This document shows positions 47,289-60,702 of a stretch of 64,000 bases of DNA, piece after piece. Where the stretch lies: assembly GCA_020891255.1 (NCBI GenBank), contig BQFW01000002.1, positions 2,232,001 through 2,296,000 of the forward strand, written 5' to 3'. The notes under the pieces are model-generated. The model was not told the DNA's origin and did not search any database. It saw nothing but the letters and a program-made list of their open reading frames with translations. Both the position numbers and the translations under genes were made by a program. Position 1 is the stretch's first letter. Every line of letters begins with the position of its first letter. The DNA is from Entomortierella parvispora E1425. Lineage: Eukaryota; Fungi; Mortierellomycota.

Positions 47289-48688
47289 ATGTCCACTACT
47301 ATTGCTGAAACTGAGATCCGCCGCGAGATCGTGCCCTGGCATGACTTTGTTGCGGGAAGGTAAGACGCCGATGCATGGACCCGTTCCGCTTGCCACCAAA
47401 ATAAAGACTGCATGCACAGTGCATGCAGTCCGCCCGCTCATGGACAACAACTAAACAGCCTTCTATTCGTATTTTTGAACCTTTTATAGCCTTGGTGGAA
47501 TGGTACTACCTCTGACAAGCAGTCAATTCGATTCAGGTGTCAACTTTTGTCAAATTTTTAACGGTCGATAATCAATCCCCTTGTAGGCTCAAGTCACAGT
47601 AGGACAGCCCATGGACACAATCAAGACTAGACTTCAGATCGAAGGCCCTTCAGGGCGCTTTAGTGGTCCAATGGACTGTTTCCGCAAAACTATTAAGAAT
47701 GAGGGCTTCCTTGGCTTGTACAAAGGTCAGTGAGACTTTGTATATTGTATATTATATTTGGACAATTGTTCCTCAACGTATTTGCTGTTACTGCTTTTTT
47801 TAGGCATGGCTAGTCCCTTGGTTGGAGTTGCTGCTGTGAATGCACTCTTGTTTGCCGCATACTCGAACTTTAAGAAACTTCAGGAGCCTTTCCCGGGTGG
47901 ACCTTTGACACTTGACCAAATTGCCATCGCAGGAGCGGGAGCTGGTAAAGTCTTGCGGAAGTTCAATGCGTCAGAAACAAGCAAAGTAAACAGGACGCTA
48001 ACCACATTTAACCCTCTGGGATGTGCTCCATTCCCGCCTATAACGTTAGGTGTCGTCAATGCCGTGCTTGCTTCTCCTGTGGAGCTGCTAAAGATTAAGA
48101 TGCAGGCTCAATACGGACCAGGATCAAAAACACATTACTCTGGACCTGTCGACTGTGCACGTCAATTGATCAAGGAGCATGGATTCCGTCATGGATTGAT
48201 GCGCGGCTATTGGATTTCGGTTGTAAGGGAAATTCCCGGTTACGCTGGTTTCTATGCAGGATTCGAAGGCATGAAACGCTATCTGACCCCAGCAGGAGAG
48301 GACCCTGCTACCTATGCCCACGGAATGTTGTCCCTGATGGCCTCTGGAGCTACTGGTGGAGTCTCTTATTGGTTTGCATGCTACCCCTTGGACATGTTGA
48401 AGTCAATGGTAAAAAATCAATTCCTCGATCTTCAATCCGAGACCCCTAGGCGGACGATCACAAGACAGCCCCTGACTTGTCAATCTCTTTTTTTTTCCCT
48501 AGATTCAAAACCAGCCCAACCCTCCCAAAGGCGCATTTTATATTCTGGATGCTGCGAAGCAAGTGTACAAAGAGGGCGGAATCAAGCCCTTTTTCCGAGG
48601 ATTTTCGCCAACAATCATCCGTGCTGTTCCTGCAGCTGCCGCCACGTTTACAACATATGAACTAGTCATGCGTGCACTCTCTACCTAA
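47289..48688 (+). CDS. Mitochondrial carrier (SLC25; carnitine/ornithine/Ymc1-like), multi-exon with a 13-nt microexon
   Basis: DFVAGSLGGMAQVTVGQPMDTIKTRLQ, GLYKGMASPLVG, SPVELLKIKMQ, YPLDMLKS and FFRGFSPTIIRAVPA. Three PxD/ExxK signatures. Confidence 0.93.
47406..47430. repeat. Perfect 12-bp inverted repeat with 1-nt spacer in carrier intron 1
   Basis: GACTGCATGCAC-A-GTGCATGCAGTC. Confidence 0.95.
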
Positions 48689-48790
48689 TCCATTTGCATT
48701 TTCCAACAAACCATATACAATCATTCTGACATCCTACAAAGTAAATCATCCGCTTCCTCACTCAATGCATGTCGCTTGTAGGCATATGTA

Positions 48791-51700
48791 TTAGCTGTTC
48801 CTCTTCCTGAACTGACTAGCATACGCCCAGAGACTGAGTGACGGCGATGGTGGGGGGGATCGGTGACCACGCCGCTCCTCGTCATCATCACCAAACGAAG
48901 GGCTATTTGGGCGATCCAATTTATCGCGCGATAACCTCGAAGGTGTCCGCCGAGTGGGTGTCCTGGGTTGACGAGAATTGGATTCCGGCATGCCATGGAG
49001 TTCGTCTGTTGTCAATCCATACTCGTAGTATAAAACTCGGCCTTGGTTTGCAACTGGTGTCTCTGGGATAACGCCAGCGTCAGAACCTCGAGCTGGTCCT
49101 GCGAAAGTCATAAAATTGGTCGAGGGGGATTTCCAGCCTGCTTCACTGCTGATCGAACCACGATTTCGACGTGTGGGAGTTCCAGGGAAGAGAGTGTGTT
49201 CACGCATACTGCCTGAGGTGGCAGCTTGCTTTCGAGGGCTCATCAACATGTCTAGACCACTGCGCTGTGAAATAGAGGCACGCCTCTTCTTGGGTGACTT
49301 TAGCAGGCTGCTGATATCCCGAGGTCGTTTGTAAATTTCGTTGGTAGCAGTACGTTGAGGCGTGGGCGCAGCTGGCGAAAGAGGAACTAGGGATGAATCA
49401 GCAGCTTTCGGCAACGATAGGTTGGATGGTGCCTTCAGTGGTAAGAGGTGGGCCAAGTCTCCCATGTGTGAGTAATCCTGGGCAGTTTGAACAACCGGAG
49501 CTCTTTTTCGGATCCTTGCGAATCGTGGGACTTCTTCCACCTCATCTACTTGCCAGAAAAAAAAAAAAAAAAAAAAAAAGTGGAGAAAATTAGACATCTG
49601 ACCAAAGAAACACAAAACTTGAAGAGCGCGACAGGACAGTGGATCACATACCTTCAGGGACAACTGTGCTTGATGATACCGATCGCTCAAGTCCACGCGA
49701 ATTAGCCGATATGTACTGGTTCGTATCCGATTTGACCAATTTCTTCTTGCGTGATGAGGATACGACGCCTTTGATAACTCCTGCAGGCATGGTCACTTCT
49801 CGATTCCGGAAGACTGAGCTCTTGAGAATTTTCAGTATGGGATTCTTTTTGATTTCCTCCGCCTCGGCCATGTCCTTTTCAGCCTTTACAGCAACGAGGT
49901 CGATCTTTCTGGGCTTTGTCATTCGGTCAAAGAGGGAAGCATTTGGCCTACGGATCGGTCGGGGTGATCTCATGAACCGATCGTCCAACCCACAAGCTCG
50001 TGCAAGATGGCGACAGAGCTTAGGCAAAGATGGTGCATAGAAACGCTCGATAGTATTCTTGTGGAACCGCTTGGCCGAGTTCATGTCCATGGTGTCATGG
50101 GACCGTGGACTCTGGAATGGTGTCGGCAGATCATCTTCCTCGCCCAATGCTTTGATGCCAAGAGTTTCCATCAACGACCTCGCGGACTCGAGAGCCCCTG
50201 GGTCGTTCTTAAACGGCTTGTTTTCAAGAAGACCGTACTTTTCCACGAGCATCAGGATATGAAGGTTCTGTACAATTTGAATTTGGGTACTGCAAACCCC
50301 ATCGTCATTAGTATCTCTTTTTTCGAGTGGTTTAAAACCTGAGAAAACAAAAAAGAAAAACATTATTCATCTTGTCGCTATCACCTACTCTTTCTTTTCC
50401 AATCTGTCCCGATGACGCTTAATGTCGGTGTCTTTAATGCATTTCTTGACCATGTTCATCCACGTGTCCAATTCGCTTCGCTCGTCCTGCTGAACAACGT
50501 ATCGGTCTGGGAAGGTCAGTCGATAGCGGATCTCAATACCAATGTCCTTGCTCAACTGGTAATATTTAGCCTCCAGCATGTCTGGCCAGATCCTAACAAA
50601 CTCGATAATGAACGAGACGAGTTGTTGCTACAAGTAATGAACAAAGAGTTTTATGTGAGGACTGGGAGCCACGTACATCTTGATCACAATAAGACATCAT
50701 CACGTCTAGCACGTGTTGCAACTCTCATACCATCGCATCTTTTAGGGGGATCGATTCCTTGGCCGCCAATGCTGTGATTTTCTTGCAAGCTGCATTCAAA
50801 CGATGTACGTAATCAAGAACTGAGTACTGTTGCGATAAAAAGAGCAGAACAATAAGCTGGATGTTAACCTGTGCATTTTTGTTTAAGCCTCTAATCATCA
50901 AAACTCAGTGGGACCTGCAAGTTTACCTCTTCGTTGTAGAGGTGATCAAGATAAGCCTTTCGGAACCCCATGCAAACCCCATCTATCGTTTCGGGGAGCT
51001 CTTGTGAACTGAAATGAAACTGCGCGTCCACCTTTCCTCCAGGCACTGTCCTCGCGGAAGAAGTTCTGCATTGTCAATGAGAAAATAAAAGAAAGGTTAG
51101 CCATGGGCACATACCTATTATCCAAGGGAGAAGTGGTACACCAATACATACTGTTGGCCATCATCGTCTCCATCGACGTTCTCAATTTCGTCTTGATCAT
51201 CTTCCGACTCATAATCATCAGTTCCATCGTTGTCGTCTTGCTCCCATGGAGCAGTCATATCCTTTACCTCGGCAGCAAACTCCTCTAAAACACATAGGTC
51301 TTTGATTGACCTTGAAACGCCGTCGTTCTTCTCCTGGGCTGGCTCGACAAATACATCCAAGTCGACAAATGCTGGATCCAACATAGACACACAGAAGTCT
51401 CGCGCTTGATGAAAGTTGCCTTTCAGATGAGACTGCAAATCCGCGGTGGAAAGATACATTGGAATGGTCGCGTGATTGGTAGCCCTGATAGATGACAGCG
51501 CAGGATTGCTTGTATCGTTGCGATCCTGACTAGAGTTTGAGATAGCGCTCTTTCCGTGATCCGAGGGGTATGGAGGGATGTCACTGCTCCGCATCCTGCC
51601 GAGGAGTTGAGCAGAGTTGGTCCTTTTCAGAGGGTCAACAGTTGGTGTCTGAGTAGTCGTAACCTTCAAGGCGCGTGGAAATATTGGCACTAGTGACTCT

Positions 51701-53491
51701 TTGGCTCGACGCAAAGGCTTTGTATCACGAAAGTTCAGCTGAGTCTTTAGTACCTGCACTACTCCAAGTCCCAGAGAGGCGCCATATAAGATAGCTTGCA
51801 GAGTACGCGGAGCGGTCGCGCGACCATCTCCTGTAACGATATTCATATTCCTCGTTAACGTCTCCAGCGCTCCATCCCCTGATATAAGATCTGGCGTGTC
51901 TCGTTGGACTGAATCACCACTGAAAGAAATCCGAAGTTCGAGAACTTGACCTCTCATAACTAACGAGTCCAGCAAAGCCCTCGCGCTAGATCCTGCCTCA
52001 TCTTCGATATTAATCCGAGATTTTTCTTCCTTGCAGCTGACTTCCGCATTGGGGACACAAAACAAATACCCAGCGGTCTGTAATGATGAAACTCTAGCGG
52101 CAACTCGTCTCCGAGAGAATCGCTGGACAAGTTCGATCGAATCAATGGTGCCAAGTGTGGACATAAATTCGTCCGCCATGTCAAATCCTGCTTCATCGTT
52201 CCCGTCGACTTCTCGCTCCCTGCTCTCGTCTGACTCGGACTTTGCATTGCGGCTTGAGCGGCCCAAAAAATCCATGCGACATATAACTATTAATTTTTGA
52301 TATTTTGAGTTAGACCATGCCTTTATACACCTTCCCTACAGCTACAGATGTTGTACCTTTGGATGAGTCGTTTGCAGCTCGAAGATTCCCAGACCAATGG
52401 AGCACGAGATTTTGTGCGCCGCTTCGATCAGGTACCATGGATATGGCATACTCATAGCCAGGTCTCCAACCCGAGTTGCATAAAGATATTCCAAGACCAG
52501 GATTGATCTCAATGGACCGATAGGTGTCGAACAGAGTAGAAAACGAGAACACGTCTTTGTAAGCCAGTGGTCTGGATACAAGACCTTGGGGTATAATATG
52601 ACCGCCATAAGCAGCCACAATGTTCTCCATGACAACTCTATTCATGCCGGGGTATGTACCGCGTCCTTTCTATATATCCATCAGAAAAAAAGCGGCATCA
52701 GATATAGTTTGCCATCTTCAACGCCCACATCTATAACCAGTGTCAAGAAAAGTAAAACGTACCGGAAACTCTACAAGGGGGTCTGGGTTAGTGTCGATCC
52801 AGTTCCAGCTTAGGCAATGGTCGACAAATCCATCCCACAGGCCTTTGGAAAAGAAGGCCTCCCTCACAGGATTAAGCACATCCATGACCTGAACATCGTT
52901 AAAGAAATAATCTCCTCGATTGCTCGGGGATCCACACTGGAACTCTACCATCTCACTCCAAGAATGAGGCATGGGTGATACCATGTAGAGGTAGTTCTTT
53001 ATGGGCACAGGTGCAAAGTGACTCTGGAGCCACGTATATCTCGGCCCTTTTTTCCGATTCATGCCTGCATAGTTGGTCAACCCGAAGTCGGCCAAGGTGT
53101 TCATAAGCTCCCGCTGGGTATTGTACAATGGCGATCCGTACTTTTGTCGGGAATGTGGACTAGTGAGATACCCCGTGAGGATGCATTGATACTCTTCCAC
53201 ACAGCTCATAATGGAGTCGTGGCTCAGGGGCTGCAGCTTCCTTCGACTAGGAAGAGAGCTACCGCGTGTGCACGAGTCATAAAACGAGTAGGCCCACTCG
53301 AAACGGCTATTGACACAGACTTGGAAGTAAAGAAGGATCTGAGAGAGCGACCCATGGAGCCTTCCCGCCGCGTCCGAGGCTAGCGTAAGCGTGAGATCAG
53401 GTGGAGGCCGGGTGTCGATAAGAAAGAGCACGTTCAAGGGACCCTTGGCCTGGGAGCTGGCCGAAGGTGCCTCAGAAGGAACAGAAGACAT
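48791..53491 (-). CDS. TICRR/SLD3: Treslin/TICRR (Sld3)-like replication origin firing factor, multi-exon
   Basis: N-terminal NVLFLIDT...ILLYF...FEWAYSFYDS resembles the Treslin N-terminus. Core: LDHLYNEE, KDTQIQIV...L, IERFYAPSLP. The tail carries many S/T-P-x-K/R CDK sites and VIPETP. Confidence 0.8.
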
Positions 53492-54152
53492 GAAGGGGCC
53501 AGGTCGAAATGGGTCGACTTGGTGTCGCCGCGAGAATGCCGGGTGCTGGATGGATGCGTCGGCGAGGGCGACGAGTGCAATGGATGGATGAATGGATGGC
53601 GCCGAGACTGAGCTGTCGAGAGGGAGAGCATGCCACCACTTTGCGCGTACTGAAATAAAACAGTGACTGTGTGTATCACGTGCAAATAGTCCAGCCATGC
53701 TTCGCCCATCGGCGTTTCGGAGGGACAAAGGAAGGGCAAGGGCAAAGGCAGCAGAGCGCCAAGGCGTGGGCATTGGTCCACCAAACATCGCAGACAGACG
53801 GATGGACAGACAGAGATAAAAAGAAAGAGCGAGCACAAAAACGTGCTCTGTGCCTCCTTGCTTGCATGCCTGCCCTGCCCCCCCCCCTGTCGGCCTTCTG
53901 TCTGCGTGCATGTCCGCTCTGTGCCGTCTGTTCGTCTGTCACGAGGACCTGCCTGTCCGCGCACAGGGACGGACTGATTCAAGTGTTCATCTCAGCTTCA
54001 TTCATCTTCCTCATCTCCTCATTCGCCTCGTCGCAACTGGTTGCCTCCTTTGCCTTGTCCTTGCCCGCGCCCTCCTCGCCCTCCTCGCCCTCCTCGCCCT
54101 ACTCCTTTCCGCTATCTCCTTCTCTTCACATCTCGCTCTTGCTGTTCCTGGC

Positions 54153-56475
54153 ATGGCCTCTCCGCCAATCCAACGTCGCTCAGCTGTCGTTCGTCTGTTC
54201 GAAATCCCGGAACTCGCGGATGCAGTTGCACTCTATCTCCGTCCTACCCATCTCAATGCCCTCCGCTCTGTGTCAACCTGTCTCTATGCTGCCTATAGAC
54301 CGCATCTACGTCTCCATTTTGATCGGAACTCGACAAGTTCATGGACCCTTTTCCCTCCACTTCGTCACTTGGCACCTACTCCGGATACAAGCAACACAAG
54401 AATGTGCGAAGATGAAGATGGATTAAATAACGAACCAGGCCAAAAGGAGCGGAAGGAGCCGTGGATGACTGCCCTGGCTCCTCCGAAACTCACCCCTGGG
54501 GCAACAGAAACCATCTTGGCCACCCAGGCCGTACGAGGTCATCTCGTGAGGACCATCACAGCTGACACCATTGACAATCTTGACCAGCTTATTCCCATCC
54601 TCAAGAACTGCCCTAACCTCCACACACTCTCCGTCAGTCGGTGGAGGCGAGACCATGAGATCTTTCGGGACCTTTGTACACTAGCACCAAAGCTCGAGGT
54701 CCTTCGTGTGTCCTTTTTCCTGACTGTTGACATGAATTCGTTTTTTCAGAATGTCTCCGGTGCTCTTGCTACGTCCTTATCTGACCTCTCGACGGGCACT
54801 CTGAGCTCTGATGGCACCTTTCAGGCGACGTTCCAAGAACCCATGTTCCGGAGACTGAAGACACTCAACATTAAACACCACGTCCCCGATACCAACACAG
54901 TGAGATGGAACGTCCTCAAGGCAGCCCTGGATCGACTTCCAGCACTTCAAAGCCTGTTCTTGACTGGATTTGGATTCAGGCGTAGCAGAGATCACCAAGG
55001 TGGTCTTATATTCGAGCAGGATGTGGATGAGCATCTATTGGACAATGGGCATCAGAGAATGGAGAGAGAATGGCTGAGGTCACACCGATCCTACCCTCAG
55101 ATGAGAACATTGTCCCTGTTTAAAGGCCAATGCTCTAAAATGAACATGCTGGATCTGGACAGGATATTTCCAATGTTGACCTCACTCGAAGTCAGACATT
55201 GTGAACTTGATTGGATCGAAGCTTTGGAACCATTGGACGAGGATACTCCACCAGACCTGACCCCATCCGTGTCATCCTTGCCCATCTCTGTGCCGTCTTC
55301 ATCGTCGTCATTAGTATCTTCCTTATCTGCACCATTACCATCCACCCAGCCACTAATGGACTTGTCAGAAACCAATAAGGTCACCTGGACTGGAGCTCGA
55401 CGGGTGCCATTCTTTGACCTCCAACAACTTACAATTATGGCGCTAGAAGAGTCTGGATCTCGAGATTTAATACCAGACCTTATAAAGTCTCGGCCTCGGC
55501 TTACCTGCATTAATACCCGCCTAATTACGCTAAGTGTGGATAAACTGATGGATATGGAATCAGCTTGCACAAGAGAAGGTCGCTTTTTGGAAAGCTGTGG
55601 CATCCAGCCACCTTGGCTGGACTCAAATAGGATATCACCTTTAGAGAAATGGTATCAGGCACCTTTCCTGTCCAAGCTGCGGCACCTCTACATTCAGCAG
55701 GTAATGACTCTCGAGAGAGGAAAGGAAAAATCAAAGACGTATTGGTATTAATCTACGCGCCTTGCTGATGCTGATATCCGTCGTACTCTCGTTCTCATTT
55801 GACGTAACGTCTCATGAATAGGATATAAGCAGTACTGTTACATTCGGCTCCACTCTTTCAAGCCTACATATTGGTCAAGGATATCAACACGACTGCACCT
55901 TCGAAAATGATGTCGTCCCCTATTGGAACTCAATTTTGCGCGCACTGCCCAATCTCCAAATTTTGAAGCTGGATCGATACCTTCGTAACTTCTTGCTCTT
56001 TGAGGGTCTTGGCCGCGCCCCGCCCAAACTTCACAAGACATCAGCATCATCGCTTTCTAGTGAGAGCAGCCATCGCTGTAGTGAAAGCGATAAAGAGTGG
56101 CACATTGGAGATGATGAAACGAAAAGTGAAGTCCACGACTGTAATCTTGAACGACCCTTTTTAATGGAAATATCAATTGCCCTCCGACTTTCACCTCCAG
56201 AATCAACCTTGCCGTCACCGGCACCAGCTTCTCTATCAGCTACCCCTCCATCTCCACCAATGTCCCCCATGCCATCAGGAACACCGACGCGGTCACAGCC
56301 ACTTGGGGTTGAGACAGCAGATCTGGATCGGGATTTAATCGGCCGCTTCAGGTTCTTGGAGAAATTACACATTCAATATGTTAGGCGTCCCGAAAACTTT
56401 GAAGCATGGAAACGCACGTGGAGACCTGGCCTGGAAGTTATGTTCAGGGAGCGCCCATTTGGTCAGTATGTTTGA
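54153..56475 (+). CDS. F-box-like/LRR-like protein, 2 exons (54153-55700, 55822-56475)
   Basis: LFEIPELADAVALYL...L..LRSVSTCLY, then LKNCPNLHTL, LPALQSL and LPNLQILKL repeats. An in-frame GT-AG intron joins the exons. Confidence 0.82.
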
Positions 56476-56586
56476 TTTCTGACCCAGGAGAGGACTCCTA
56501 ATAAACAGCAGCGTTCGACTAGCATGCAGGTTGTATTTTTATTTGTTTTGTCCGGCAAGGAGTGTAACCTCCTTCAAAGGGCACCA

Positions 56587-57919
56587 TCACATCTTCAGCA
56601 GCTCAACACATCTTTGCAGTATGGATGCACAGTACATTTTGGCCTTTTCCCCGCCAGCACTGCCTCCATTATGCTCCGCCTTCAGAATCTCCCAGACCTC
56701 CAATGCCCACTGATAGCACTCCATAATCTCTGGGAAGAACTCGCTCAGTAGCAAGGCATCTGGTAATGTCTCGGTTGAAGGTGGAGTCAACAAAATTAAC
56801 AGCCCAAAGAGGAGACTCTCCGCCAATTCGGCATTGTAAGGCACAGAGGCACCTGCGGAGGAAAATGATCCCGTTTTGGAAGAGTGATCACCGGGCATTT
56901 TAAGTGTTGTCAGCGTCGGCGTTGTTGTTGATGCAATGGATGAAGCTGTCATCATAGCAGCCAAAGTCTCTTCAGTTGACAGTGAGCTTTTTAGACGGGA
57001 ATTGGCATTTGCGGAGAAGGATAGCGGCATCGGTGCCGCTTCCGGTGGAGAGTGGTATCGGAGGGAAAGTAAGAAGCGTAGTAACTCCCTCGTCATGCTC
57101 AGCAAATGAGGCGAGTTGCCTAAGGAAACGTAGAGGGGGCGGAGGTTAGAGTCAGGCAACAACATATGAATTATATTCCAAGGACAAATTGATGACTGCC
57201 TACCTGAATAGTAAACAATGATGCCCAGAGACATGATGAACTTCTTCAAGACCATTGCTGGTGCTCTTTGCATTGCATCATAACCACGCTCGTTGCCTGC
57301 ACCACGATTGCCTCCCCAGCGACCCAACAGGCCCCCAAGGAATACTGGAGCGAGACTAGCAAAAGGGTTTGCTTTGGGGGTCGGACGCCGCGCCTCAATA
57401 TCTGATTTTTGAGAGAACCGCCGTGTACGCGCAAGGGATATGGATGATGTGATTGACCCAAAGGTTGCGGGCGATTGCTCACTAGAGTCTCGATTAGCTG
57501 GCATTGAAGAAGGTCGGGGTGTTCTACCTCCATTGCTTTTAGTGGAAGCCGCGCTTTGAAGAGCGAGGGTCCTCTGGTTATCGAGTGTATCAGGAATTGA
57601 AAGGCGGTCGAATCCTGACAGCTCACGCGCTGCAAGGGAAATGGCCGTCAATATGTTAAGTCGCTGTCCGATTGAGTTGGTTTTCTTATAGAACTCGTCT
57701 GTCAAGACTCTACAGCGCCATACAGATAGAGTCGAACTGTTAGTTCATTTTCAAGCGAATTTGTTTTAACCGGTGCAGATGGTATACTCTACCCTGCCAC
57801 AACTTTCGGTGCAGAGACCACTAGAGCGACAAGAGCCTCCTCCTTTTTTTTATAGAAGTTGTCCATTTCAAAAGTGTCCTGCAGTTGAATGAGTGCTCTC
57901 GCCAGAGACTCCGCAAATT

Positions 57920-57950
<31 letters not shown>

Positions 57951-60297
57951 GTTAAGCATCTTTGGCAAAGGACTCTCTCTCTTTGTCCAGATGGGAAAGA
58001 ATCTCAATCTCACCAATCTCAAGGCTGTTGCCTTTGCGTCTAATGAGTTCTGCCGCCACACTTAGTCCGACTTCGGCCTTTTTCCTGTCTTCGCTGGCGC
58101 GGATATAAGCCAGTAAATCGCGCAGAAACAGTGGAACCGCGACTTTGGGTTTCTTCACTGTGTCCATGTCTTCGTCAGTGTCGGAGTCACCTTCCATATC
58201 GTATGGCTGAAGATCACTATCACTATCATCAGCGCTATTCAATCCTCCAGTTTTGAGATTTCGACTCGAATAAGAGTCGACGATTGCGTCTGGATCCTCC
58301 TCGTCTGATTCCTGTAATGGCTCTGGCTCTAGCTCTGGTTCGGCTGTACTGATAACCGTAGATTTGCCTGCTCCCTTTCCTGTGGGTTGAAACGGCCTCT
58401 GACCGTCTCTGAAGTTGACGAGAGAACGGGCAATTATCACATCAGGATTAGATCCTGGTAAACCAAAGTCGGCGGCCGCACCAGGGGAATCAACTCGCTT
58501 TGAGAACTCTTCTGCGACAATCTAGTACCGTGAATTGACAACAGAATCGTTCAGTATGCAAGTCAGTCATAACTTTCTAGACAAAATGTATGCACTGTTT
58601 ACGTTTTTACGTTACCAGTCCAATCGTCTTTCTCTTGAAGTCTTCGAGGTCTAGCCACTTTGCCATCCCAGCATGAAGCAGGGCGGTCGCATCCAAACCT
58701 TTGATCAATGCCCCATCGAGGTAGCCAAGGATGAGCAGTAGTTGGTAGGATATATCTGTTTTGGTTAAATACAAATGTCAGTGCAAAGCAAAAGCAAATG
58801 ATCTCAGTATACGAGCAAACCAGTACTCTTACATCTTTGATACTCAGCAGAGGACCGCTTCACAAACATTGGGTCGGACCAAACAGTGAGAGTTTTGACG
58901 AATGTACGAGCCAAGACCGAGTCTGTGGGTAGATTAGACGAAGAGAGCAACGAGTTAGTACTCCTGTAACAAACCCGGCCACTTTGAAATTTCACATTTG
59001 CCACCTACCTCCGTGGACGGGTCTATTGCTCGGCCAACCGCTCTGAACACAGATCAGCACGCGCAGTACGTCAATGTTGAACACCCGGCCTTGAAATAAG
59101 ATGTCCTCTATGGAGGAGTTATTTCTATCATCCACAGCAAACCCAAGACTGACCAGCACATTTGCAGACTGGTGCACGGCAAACAAACGATCTTCATCTG
59201 TATCCAGAGGCGAATGAGCATCAGCTAACTTGGATCTTTGCAAATACTCCACCACCGCGGATAAAAATGATCTAGTGACACCTGAGGGCACCAACTCTAA
59301 AGTTCCTTTCCATCCTGGGGCTTGAGCTTTTGATGTAGTATTCCATATTTTTGAGAATATGGCCTCCACGAGAATTCCTGGTACACAAGGAATGTGTTAG
59401 CAGTGAGGTCGTCAGAACTAGTTACCATACCGATCTTATACAGCACTTACTGCCATAACCCATGCGCATCAGTTTTCCTATAGTTTCTGCAAGAATCTTG
59501 CGATAAACAGCAGTCTCATGGCTTGATCCTGTGGCGGACTCTTCAAGGCACTGAATGAGTTGAATCGACTGCTCCTCAAAGAAGACTGATTCTTGAAAGC
59601 AAGGGCTTATATCCTGGAAGTGCTCTCTGGATATTCCAAAGGCATTCGAAACCGCCGTTGGTATGGAGAGTAGCTTGGAAATAAATAGATTCCAATAGGA
59701 GACAACATCAGCCTTATTTAGATCTCTGCCATGAACAACATCGAGATGACCAGAGACTGAAGATGCTCGATAGAAGTCCCCAAGAGTGAAAGATTTCAAG
59801 ATTCGCTGCAGCAGCCGGAGAATTGTTTCGTTCAGGAAGGTGTGGTTTTCATGGAAACGCGAGTTTAGTCTTCCTACAAGGGTATGAAGCGAAACCATGG
59901 CGACGCTTGTGTTGAACGGCTTTGATCCCAACGCCATGCCAGTTTCGACGATCTTGTGAGATTCAGAAGGGACAAAGTACGAATCAAAGAGGACGGTCTG
60001 AAGGGTTGAAGGTAATGCGCTTAGCCAGTCGACTGTGATGTGGTCGAGGATAAAATCAAGATGGCTGCCCAAAAGACGTTGGACAAAATATTGTCTCCTG
60101 GCAGGTGTTGATTCGACTGCTCCTGTCCATGGTGCAATATCACTGGAAGGGTCCTCGACGACAAGGCCTAGGAACGACAATGGCTCGGCAAGGACGAGAG
60201 TGATATCAGTAAGAGTCGGTGCAGGGACAAGAACCAGACTCTGGAGGTCCGTGAGATGGACAGATATTGCCTCCGACTGAATGCTGCTGCTTTGCAT
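56587..60297 (-). CDS. TEL2: Telomere length regulation protein Tel2 (TTT co-chaperone complex), multi-exon
   Basis: W.DPMFVK......Q.YISYQLL, AGMAKWLD, acidic DDSDSDLQPYD motif, PLFLRDLLAYI, AELIRRK and FKEEFAESLARALIQLQD.F.M..F. Confidence 0.9.
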
Positions 60298-60368
60298 TGG
60301 ACGCGGGATTGCTGAATGAAATGAATGCAAAATGAGATTGAAAGAACACTTCAAAATTGGTGGCAACA

Positions 60369-60417
60369 CACGTGATTTTAACATGATCACGTGAATACGG
60401 TGCACCCGAGGCACGTG
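60369..60417. promoter_or_regulatory. Three CACGTG E-boxes in the TEL2/FYVE-ARM divergent promoter
   Basis: CACGTG at 60369-60374, 60388-60393 and 60412-60417. Confidence 0.55.
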
Positions 60418-60702
60418 CATCAGTCGTGACCACATTCCGTTAAGGGTGCATTGCACACCACACGGACTTTGCATGCATGCAACCAGACATCTGGTTCTCT
60501 TTTCTTCAAGCACATCTCTCTTACTTTTACAAAACACCAATCAACACTTGCGCCCTTGCCCTGAAGCTACCTTAACCTTTTTCTTCTTACTTCCCTCCCT
60601 CGTCCCCTCTCCCGTTGTTCGCGAACCCGCACCATCGACAACGAACCTCACTCTCTACCTGCCTTGAGTGACCCTTCCCTTCGTTCTCCTGCCTGACCCT
60701 CC

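Noticed and set aside
53850-54152. Hydrophobic N-terminal extension of ORF 53850..55751, including a (CCCTCCTCG)x3 repeat
   Set aside because: This is a CT-rich 5' UTR read in frame. The F-box begins just after the ATG at 54153.
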